From NCBI RefSeq assembly GCF_965227005.1, contig NZ_CBDDFJ010000034.1:56855-96854 (forward strand): a stretch of 40,000 nt of DNA, given 5' to 3'. Shown here piece by piece: positions 1-6,699 of the stretch. The notes under the pieces are model-generated. The model saw only the letters and a program-made list of their open reading frames with translations. It was not told the origin of the DNA and made no database searches. A program made the translations under genes and the position numbers. This DNA is from Roseococcus sp. Lineage in GTDB: Bacteria; Pseudomonadota; Alphaproteobacteria; Acetobacterales; Acetobacteraceae. Each line of letters opens with the position of its first letter. The stretch's first letter is position 1.

Positions 1-28
1 AGACGATCCCGTCTGATCGGGTGATGCT

Positions 29-2866
29 CTAACCCGGACGATCGTCGGCCGGGGAGCTGGCCCCGGTCCCCAGCAATTCCCGCGTTCGGGCGACGGCCTC
101 GGCCAGCGTCACGCGCTGCGGCGTCACGCCCTCCGGCAATCCGGCGAGAAGGCGCGAGGGGCAGGCGCGGTCGAGCAGGACGAAGACGCCCTTGTCGTCC
201 GCGCGGCGCACCAGGCGGCCGAAGGCCTGGCGCAGCTTGTGGCGGGCATGGGTGTCGTCATAATCCTGCGGCCGGCCGCCCGCGAGAAAGAGCCGGCGCT
301 CGCGCTGCAGGATGGTGCGGCGCGGCCATGGCACGCGGTCGAAGACCAGCAGGCGCAGCGCGCGGCCGGGGACGTCCACGCCATCGCGCATCGCATCCGT
401 CCCCAGCAGGCAGGAATTCTCCTCCGCGCGGAAGATGTCGACGAGGGTGGCGTTGTCCATCGCGTCCACATGCTGCGCGTAGAGCGGGATCCCGCGCGCC
501 TCCAGCGCCGGGCCGATGCGCGATTGCACCTCGCGCAGCCGGCGGATGGCGGTGAAGAGCCCAAGCCCGCCGCCGCCCGAGGCGAGGAAGAGCTGTTGCA
601 TCGCGCTGGCGATCGGGCCCGGCTGTCGCGCATCCACATCGGTCACGACGAAGGTGCGCGTATTGGTCGCGTAGTCGAAGGGCGAGGGCAGGGCCGCGCG
701 GATGGCCGGGTTGGGCAGATGCAGGGCGCCGGTGCGCGCCTCGGCCTCATGCCAGGCGGCCTCGGGGTCGCCGCGCTTGGCGGCGTCGGTCAACGTCGCG
801 GAGGTGACGAGCAGGCCATGTGCGGAGCTCGCTACCGTGCGCGCGAAGGGGATCGTGGGGTCGAGCCAGTGGCGATGCAGCCCGGCATCCGCGTCGCGCC
901 CCTCGCGCCGGTCGAGCTGGAGCCAGTCGACCATGAGCGGGCGCGTGCCGGCCTCGCGGGGGGGCAGCTCCAGCTGCTTCAGCATGCCGCGCCAGGCGGC
1001 CAGCGGCATCAGCGCGCGCCGCTCGATGCCGCGCATGGCGGTCTCGAGGCGGATGCGCTCGCCGGCCTCCATCTCCTCCTCCTCGGGCACTTCGAGGCGC
1101 TTGGCGAGGAGCTCGCAGAGATATTTCAGCGGCGCCTCCAGCGCCTGCAAGGCGCGGCCCAGCGCCGCGCCCGTCTCGGCGACCTCCTCGACGACGGGCT
1201 GGAGATCGACCTCCAGCGTGTAGATGCCGTCATCCTCCGGCGTGCGGGCGAGGACCTGGCGGCGCGCGGCCTGCAGGAAGGCCTCGGTCAGCGCCTCCTC
1301 GGGCGGCGGCGTTCCTTCCGTGAGGCGGGCGTACCAACCGCCGCCGGGCAGGCATCGCGCCTCGCGCAGCGCGAGGTCGAGCGGGGGGAGCAATTCGGGA
1401 ATGTCGCCGGCCAGTTCCTCGATGCGCGCGCGCAGGCCCTTGGCGCGCGAACGCCCGCCCTCCGCGCCGAGCAGCCAGCGCCGCAGCTCGGCCGTCTCCA
1501 CGCCGTTCAGCTCGGCGGAAAAGGCGGCGTCGGCGGCGTCGAAGAGGTGATGGCCCTCGTCGAAGACGTAGCGCGTGGGCTTGCCGTCCTCGCCGCCGCC
1601 CAGCGCCGCCTGCACCATCACCAGCGCGTGGTTGGCGACGACGAGCCGCGCCGTCCGCGCGCGGCGGATGGAGTGCTCCACGAAGCATTTCTTATAATGA
1701 GTGCAGGCCGAGCGGATGCACTCGCCACGACGGTCGCCCAGGCCGTAGAGCGTGCCCGGCGGGAAGAGCTCGCCGATCCATCCCGGAAAATCGCCGCCGG
1801 TGATGTCGCCATCGCGCGTCGCGCTGGCCCAGCGCGCGACCAGCGCGAGCGGCAGCGCCATCTGGCGCAGGCCGTATTGGCCGAGCGCCTCCTCCAGGTT
1901 CAGCAGGCACAGGTAGTTCTCCCGGCCCTTGCGCACGGCCACATGCGCGCGGCGCTCCTCCGGATCGGGGAAGAGCTGCATCAGCTCCTGGTCGATCTGG
2001 CGCTGCAGGTTGCGGGTATAGGTGCTGAGCCAGACGGGCGCGCCGTTGCGCTCGGCCCAGAGCGAGGCGGGGGCGATATAGCCCAGCGTCTTGCCCGTGC
2101 CCGTGCCGGCCTCGGCGAGAACCATATGCGGCGAGCCCTCCACGTCGCGCGGCGCGAAGGCATGGGCGGCGGCGGAGGCGAAATCGGCCTGCTGGGGGCG
2201 TTGCTCAGCGCCGGCGCCCAGCATCTCGGCCAAGCGCTTGCGGGCATCGGCGCCCGTGACGTCAAAGCTCGAGGGCGGGGGCTGCGGTGCGATCTCCTCC
2301 CAGTCGGGCAGGCGGCGCCAGGGCTTGAAGGCATCGCGCGAGGGGCGGGCGTCGGGCATGCCCAGCGCGGCGAGGACGCTGGGCACCCAGGGCCAGTCGG
2401 CCGCGATGGCGAGCTGCGCGGCCATGCCCGCGGCCTCGCGGCCCGAGGGGCTGTTCGCCTCGTCGGCCAGGGCGCGGAGCAGGCGCGAGGCGATCTCGGG
2501 CAGGAGGGCCGCGGCGGCCTCGTCATCCTCGGGCGCGGGAAGGTCGAGGGCCAGCGCCAGGCCGCGCGGCGTGGGCGCGGCGTGGTGGGCGGGAAGCGCG
2601 AAGGCGAAGAGCTCGAGCAGGTCGAACGCGTCGAGGAAGCGGGGCAGGTCGAGGCGACGGGCCGTGGCGGGGGCGTGGACGAGGAGCGGCGGCGGGTATT
2701 CGCCGAGCGCCTCGGCGATGTGCGAACCGGTGAGGGTCAGGACCTCGCCATCGGGCGTGAGGAGAGTGGCGCGGCCGTGCGATGCGACCAACGCGGGCAC
2801 CTCGGGCATCAGCAGGCGCGGGCGAATGGAGGCCATGGGGCGTATTTGGGGGCAAAAGGCGAACAA
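29..2866 (-). CDS. DinG/XPD-family (Fe-S type) ATP-dependent DNA helicase; chromosomal flank
   Basis: 945-aa ORF. Walker A 'AEAGTGTGKTLGY' and DEAH-variant box 'VFDEGHHLFD', with the Cys cluster 'GECIRSACTHYKKC' between them (Fe-S helicase pattern). C-terminal helicase motifs 'LLVTSATL' and 'FGRLVRRADDKGVFVLLD'. The true start is probably ATG 2836 (MASIRPRLL...). Confidence 0.85.
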   Translation of the reverse strand: MFAFCPQIRPMASIRPRLLMPEVPALVASHGRATLLTPDGEVLTLTGSHIAEALGEYPPPLLVHAPATARRLDLPRFLDAFDLLELFAFALPAHHAAPTPRGLALALDLPAPEDDEAAAALLPEIASRLLRALADEANSPSGREAAGMAAQLAIAADWPWVPSVLAALGMPDARPSRDAFKPWRRLPDWEEIAPQPPPSSFDVTGADARKRLAEMLGAGAEQRPQQADFASAAAHAFAPRDVEGSPHMVLAEAGTGTGKTLGYIAPASLWAERNGAPVWLSTYTRNLQRQIDQELMQLFPDPEERRAHVAVRKGRENYLCLLNLEEALGQYGLRQMALPLALVARWASATRDGDITGGDFPGWIGELFPPGTLYGLGDRRGECIRSACTHYKKCFVEHSIRRARTARLVVANHALVMVQAALGGGEDGKPTRYVFDEGHHLFDAADAAFSAELNGVETAELRRWLLGAEGGRSRAKGLRARIEELAGDIPELLPPLDLALREARCLPGGGWYARLTEGTPPPEEALTEAFLQAARRQVLARTPEDDGIYTLEVDLQPVVEEVAETGAALGRALQALEAPLKYLCELLAKRLEVPEEEEMEAGERIRLETAMRGIERRALMPLAAWRGMLKQLELPPREAGTRPLMVDWLQLDRREGRDADAGLHRHWLDPTIPFARTVASSAHGLLVTSATLTDAAKRGDPEAAWHEAEARTGALHLPNPAIRAALPSPFDYATNTRTFVVTDVDARQPGPIASAMQQLFLASGGGGLGLFTAIRRLREVQSRIGPALEARGIPLYAQHVDAMDNATLVDIFRAEENSCLLGTDAMRDGVDVPGRALRLLVFDRVPWPRRTILQRERRLFLAGGRPQDYDDTHARHKLRQAFGRLVRRADDKGVFVLLDRACPSRLLAGLPEGVTPQRVTLAEAVARTRELLGTGASSPADDRPG

Positions 2867-2915
2867 GGCCAGACTTCGCCTCGGGCGGGTGGGTGTGCTA
2901 TGGGCGAAAGCGGTC

Positions 2916-2992
2916 GTCTCCGTAGCTCAGCCGGATAGAGCACCAGATTCCTAATCTGGGGGCCGTGGGTTCGAATCCCGCCGGGGACACCA
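2916..2992 (+). tRNA. tRNA-Arg (anticodon CCT), 77 nt with encoded CCA
   Basis: Hand-folded cloverleaf. Acceptor GTCTCCG/CGGGGAC, D arm GCTC-AGCCGGATA-GAGC, anticodon arm CCAGA-TTCCTAA-TCTGG (CCT at positions 34-36), T arm GTGGG-TTCGAAT-CCCGC, discriminator A, then CCA. Confidence 0.9.
2978..2992 (+). repeat. att core direct repeat, copy inside the intact tRNA (CCGCCGGGGACACCA)
   Basis: Identical 15-mer at 35336-35350. Both copies are followed by a T-run. Confidence 0.8.
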
Positions 2993-3047
2993 TTTTATTC
3001 CATTAACTAATTGAAGATAAGAGATTTTCTTCCCGATCATCTGATAG

Positions 3048-3067
3048 TACCCCCATCTCTACCCCCA
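3048..3067 (+). repeat. Two tandem TACCCCCA motifs (candidate integrase arm-type sites), tRNA-proximal end
   Basis: TACCCCCATCTCTACCCCCA matches 35197-35216 (TACCCCCAACTCTACCCCCA) at 19 of 20 positions. It is bracketed by the 7-bp inverted repeat TCATCTG...CAGATGA. Confidence 0.45.
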
Positions 3068-3273
3068 TGCGCAGATGAGATTGCAGTGGACGGTGTTAGA
3101 CACTCCCTCTCCGCGCGATCGAATTGGGCAGAGCGCACGCGTAGCGACTCTCAGATCCAGATTGTCTCTCAATTCTGGCAGCCTCTATGCCCGAAAGGGA
3201 TGCAATCTGAGTCGGTTTCTCCTCGAACTGGAGGAATTTCGCGGCGGTAAAAGCTAGCAGCCAATTCGGTGGT

Positions 3274-4593
3274 TCACCCCTCGTCGAGCTCTGCCATCAG
3301 CGTGGCCATTTCGCGCCGCGTATCAGGGCAAAGCGAAAATGCTCCTTCATAGCCTCGTATGCGATACCGATGGATTGCGAGTGGCACGCGCGGCGCTATG
3401 CACGGCGCGTCCAAGATGTCGCGTCGAAAGTTCAGCACGCGATCGGCAAGGTGGATGGGGTCGACACGCGCCTCCGCGATATCGCCCCGCTTCCTCCACT
3501 CATAGCCGAGAAAGCGGAAGCCCGTTGCCATTGGCTGCGCGGCTGAGGCGGTGATGAAAAAGGGCCCGGCCGGGTGCTCCGAAAGAGCACGCCGAAACAG
3601 CTCCACAATGGCATGCCACTCCTCTGGCCGACCCTCGAAAACGAAGGCCGTGTTGTCCGAGTAGTTGATCATCACCCCGCCGGGCAGGTGGTCGGTGAGC
3701 CCTCCCAGGAGATGCGACATCACGATCTCGGCAACCAGAGGAGAGGCCGCCGAGCCTTGGGGTATCCCCCGCCGGGCGACTTCTTGAATGTCCTCGTCCG
3801 AAGTACGAGCTCGACCACGTCCTGAAGGAGATAATGACATTCCACCTGTATGAAGAACGGCACGTATGATCCCCCGCGGGAGCGGTAGGTTCTCCTCCAG
3901 CCATTCGTGCGAGATCGACCCGAAGAAATTCTTCACGTCGATTTGAGCCACGCACGTTTCCGGACGGGCCGCATTCAGCTGCTGGAGGAGGTTCTCGCAA
4001 GCTACCGACCGCCCACGCCGCAGACCGAACTGCGATGGGTGGAAGCTTGCGAAAGGTGTGAGGCAAACCCGCATGAGGTGCTGCCGTGCTTTGTTCTGAA
4101 TGGAGAATGCGCATATCGGACGACGCCCACCACGCTTTTTGTCGCGCATCGTCACACGAGCATGCGAGGGCGATGTGAGATCGCGAAGGCGTTCCGTGCA
4201 CGCCCAGATGTCAGCAAATGTCCAAGCATTGCCTTGGGATCGGCGAGTCTTCGACACCGCCTCACTTGCCGCCACCAGGCGGGCCGGAAGCGATCGCATC
4301 AGCGCTGATACTTTGCGTCGCGCGATCTTAAACCGGTGACGCTCATGCTCCACCCGGATCTTCTGCTGCGCTGCATCGACCGACCGCTTTGCTTCCCTGA
4401 TGACGGAAACGGCCTCTCCCGTAGAAATCGAAGTCGGAGCTATCGAGCCGTCAACCAGGCCATGCTGAAGCTGGCGCATCGGGCGGCTACCGGCAGCCAT
4501 GGCCGGGTTCGCGCCCGCGGTGTTCTCGTTAGCGCCGCTGAAGCGGGCCACTGGCATGGCGGCATCAGTGAGATGCGGTTCAAGCAAGGACAT
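3274..4593 (-). CDS. Reverse transcriptase with a non-canonical motif C (YSDN instead of YxDD); class undetermined
   Basis: RT motifs occur in order: 'DKKRGGRRPICAFSIQNKARQ' (1-2), 'QIDVKNFFGSIS' (A), 'RGIPQGSAASPLVAEIV' (B), 'VMINYSDNTAFVF' (C) and 'GFRFLGYEW' (E). The ORF is open to 4671. The start is set at ATG 4593 (MSLLEPHL) because the extension runs through a palindrome that also recurs in non-coding sequence (6154, 33696). Confidence 0.8.
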   Translation of the reverse strand: MSLLEPHLTDAAMPVARFSGANENTAGANPAMAAGSRPMRQLQHGLVDGSIAPTSISTGEAVSVIREAKRSVDAAQQKIRVEHERHRFKIARRKVSALMRSLPARLVAASEAVSKTRRSQGNAWTFADIWACTERLRDLTSPSHARVTMRDKKRGGRRPICAFSIQNKARQHLMRVCLTPFASFHPSQFGLRRGRSVACENLLQQLNAARPETCVAQIDVKNFFGSISHEWLEENLPLPRGIIRAVLHTGGMSLSPSGRGRARTSDEDIQEVARRGIPQGSAASPLVAEIVMSHLLGGLTDHLPGGVMINYSDNTAFVFEGRPEEWHAIVELFRRALSEHPAGPFFITASAAQPMATGFRFLGYEWRKRGDIAEARVDPIHLADRVLNFRRDILDAPCIAPRVPLAIHRYRIRGYEGAFSLCPDTRREMATLMAELDEG

Positions 4594-4621
4594 GGTCGTA
4601 TCTCGCGGAGAGGTGGTCGGC

Positions 4622-4639
4622 TCTGAACCCGGGTGCAGA
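4622..4639. repeat. Palindrome family copy 1 (TCTGAACCCGGGTGCAGA, one mismatch), 29 bp upstream of the RT ATG
   Basis: Read directly from the sequence. Followed on the plus strand by TTTT. Confidence 0.7.
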
Positions 4640-4689
4640 TTTTCCATTGGGAGTGGACTACGAGTGGCCAACGCGCCAATGCGTCCTTG

Positions 4690-5079
4690 CTATTGAGGGG
4701 CGAATTCACGCCGACATAGCTGACCGAGCCACTCCGCTGCATGCGGATCAATGACATATGGTTCGGTTGTCATGTCCGCCCTGATCCAGTTCAGACCACT
4801 TCGTTCGCGCTCCGATAGGCCCTGGCAATGCCATAGCAGGTCCGTCAACGCGAACATCTGCTGACGTGAGACTCGTCGGAAGCCGAAGATCGGCCCGTCT
4901 GGCGCGCGCTGTCCGTTCACTTGCGCCGGTGCATTCTTACCAGCCAGGATCTGCGCCCAATTCATCCCGGCATCAGCGATTATCCTGGATGCGATGATTC
5001 CGGCGGCAGCCCGTTCACCAACATGGTCGCTTGCAAGACGGTCGAGCACCTTGGAAAGCTTACTCAGTGAGATATTCAT
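4690..5079 (-). CDS. Small hypothetical protein, paralog A of a pair (mobile-element accessory protein)
   Basis: 129 aa. The N-terminus 'LSKLSKVLDRLASDHVGERAAAGIIASRIIADAGMNWAQILAG' aligns with the neighbouring 145-aa ORF. Confidence 0.65.
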   Translation of the reverse strand: MNISLSKLSKVLDRLASDHVGERAAAGIIASRIIADAGMNWAQILAGKNAPAQVNGQRAPDGPIFGFRRVSRQQMFALTDLLWHCQGLSERERSGLNWIRADMTTEPYVIDPHAAEWLGQLCRREFAPQ

Positions 5080-5209
5080 GTCTGTCCGGTCATTGAGTTG
5101 GGATCGTCATGCGTGGGCACAGGCAAGTGGAGGCTTGACGCGGTGAAAGCCCACGCCTTTGTCCTCGCAGGTGGCCCGCTTGCCCGGCCCAAGTTCAGAT
5201 GCAGGTTGG

Positions 5210-5647
5210 CTAATTTGCTGCGGTTCGCCGCCGATATGCTCTCACCCGTTCCGGTGTGACGCGGCGGCTGTAGAGGTCGCGGAGTTGTTGCTGCTCACCG
5301 ACCGTGACTCTAGACCCAGGCTCGCTGGTTAAGCGCTTCCACGTCACCCATACAAATCGCTGTTCAGCCTCGGTCATGCCTCCGAGAAGATCCAGCTGAT
5401 CGAGCCATGCCTTCGCCTGAAACTTGGACATCCGGTTCGCCTTGATGTCGGTCGTCCAGGATCCTCCCGTTGCCAACGGAATTTGGCGCAGCTCCGTGCC
5501 TATGCCAGACAGGAGCGCGGCCCACGATGCACCAGATTCGTGGACCATCTTGGCGGCAATCAGACCGGCCGCGGCCCGCTCGCTCCCGGAGTCACTTCCG
5601 AGGCGATCGAGCACCTGGGTAAGCGCTGACAGAGACACCCGGCTCAT
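5210..5647 (-). CDS. Small hypothetical protein, paralog B of the pair
   Basis: 145 aa. 'LSALTQVLDRLGSDSGSERAAAGLIAAKMVHESGASWAALLSG' parallels paralog A. Its ATG overlaps the upstream stop (ATGA at 5644-5647). Confidence 0.65.
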   Translation of the reverse strand: MSRVSLSALTQVLDRLGSDSGSERAAAGLIAAKMVHESGASWAALLSGIGTELRQIPLATGGSWTTDIKANRMSKFQAKAWLDQLDLLGGMTEAEQRFVWVTWKRLTSEPGSRVTVGEQQQLRDLYSRRVTPERVRAYRRRTAAN

Positions 5648-5949
5648 TGTGACATCCCCCGCCGAGAATCTGCACCCGGGTGCAGATTTTTGCCCCCAGA
5701 CGAGGTTTTCACTTCGACGGTGACCCCATTAGCGAGCCAGGACAGGTGCCAGCGCGGCGCTCTCGCCGTGACGTAGATAGGCGGGCGGACAGTCCCCTCC
5801 CGGACGTCGCGCCAGAAGGTGCTAACACCCTGCCGCCGGTAATCAGCCGCTTCCGCGGCCGTCAGCAACGGATCAATTCCAGCAAAAACTTGGTCAGCAG
5901 GCCAGTTAGGCAAACATAAGGTTCGCCCCATACACTCAACCTTCTTCAT
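5644..5949 (-). CDS. AlpA-like / excisionase-type helix-turn-helix DNA-binding protein
   Basis: 'LLTAAEAADYRRQGVSTFWRDVREGTVRPPIYVTARAPRWHLSWL' fits the AlpA-family HTH pattern. The start is uncertain (ATG 5949 or 5931, with the ORF open to 6021). Confidence 0.55.
   Translation of the reverse strand: MKKVECMGRTLCLPNWPADQVFAGIDPLLTAAEAADYRRQGVSTFWRDVREGTVRPPIYVTARAPRWHLSWLANGVTVEVKTSSGGKNLHPGADSRRGMSQ
5667..5688. repeat. Palindrome family copy 2 (AATCTGCACCCGGGTGCAGATT, perfect 22 bp), 20 bp upstream of the paralog B ATG
   Basis: Perfect dyad read directly from the sequence, followed by a T-run on the plus strand. It lies in the 3' end of the AlpA-like ORF. Confidence 0.75.
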
Positions 5950-6153
5950 GAATACCTCAGCATCGTTTGGTGTTGGGACGTTTATCTCTAGCCACATTAA
6001 GCGTCTAGAGGGTGGAATCACTAAATTTCCGTTTTTATTCAGTGATATACGCAGCCCACATTTGTAGGCGACACCTAATCAGCATCGGCGATATTTACTT
6101 CATACGAGTTGCGCCGGCTGATCTCGGGGTCTGCTTCGCGCCTACACCTCAGC

Positions 6154-6169
6154 CTGCACCCGGGTGCAG
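6154..6169. repeat. Palindrome family copy 3 (CTGCACCCGGGTGCAG, perfect 16 bp), upstream of the AlpA-like gene
   Basis: Perfect dyad read directly from the sequence, in the 6022-6699 gap. Confidence 0.7.
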
Positions 6170-6699
6170 AACCTGCCTCTTGATCGCAACCGAGTATGGA
6201 TCTCGTGCCCCGTCCAAAGGGAGCAGCCGGCGTTGCAGTACAGCGACCGACCGATGGCGTAGCCTTCTGCGGTGCCTGCTAGCGGTGCCCGTGCGACCTT
6301 GGCATCGCCTATCACGTACAAAAGCACGCCGGCGCGCAGCGGTGTGGCTAGGGCAGGAGGCGGAAGCAGAGCAGCACGCCGAGGGCGGTGACGACGAAGA
6401 ATCGCCAACCTTTGCCGGCCGCCCGCTGTCGTTCCCGTCCATATGGGCCGGAGCGTTGCCTGCTGTTCCGATGGGATTTGAACGAAATGCGTAGGTCGGC
6501 GAGTCTAGGACAGTATTGGGCGTTGGCGACCCTGGTGTTCTCCGACCCTGCGAATAGACGTATTGGCTTAAATAGCGCGTCTGAGCGATGATCCGCTCGT
6601 CAGTTGCCCGCTGTGGCCCTCCGACCGATCCGGCCCACGCCGGAGAGCGCGGGTATCACCACGCCGCGGTTACATCAATAACGGGGAAGCGATCGACCG

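Noticed and set aside
239-2938. 899-aa plus-strand ORF, and several other long ORFs (124-639, 702-1223, 1981-2526, 2091-2954), overlapping the DinG-family gene
   Set aside because: These are shadow ORFs typical of very GC-rich DNA. Their sequences are Arg/Ala/Gly-rich with no motifs, whereas the minus-strand frame carries a full set of helicase motifs.
3011-3257. Two plus-strand ORFs (79 and 60 aa) between the tRNA and the RT stop
   Set aside because: They lie in AT-rich att-arm sequence, overlap each other, have no RBS or motif, and the region contains the putative arm-type repeats. It is more likely non-coding.
3274-4690. RT as a retron, a group II intron IEP or a DGR RT
   Set aside because: Only ~96 bp lie upstream of the RT, and I see no a1/a2-type long inverted repeats for msr-msd. 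There is no maturase (X) or endonuclease domain and no domain V-like ribozyme sequence. Motif B is QG-type rather than the DGR SQ-type, and no template/variable repeat pair is evident.
5111-5156. 8-bp inverted repeat GCGTGGGC...GCCCACGC between the two small paralog genes
   Set aside because: The stem is short and the ~30-nt loop is long, so it is plausible by chance in GC-rich DNA. It has no second copy.
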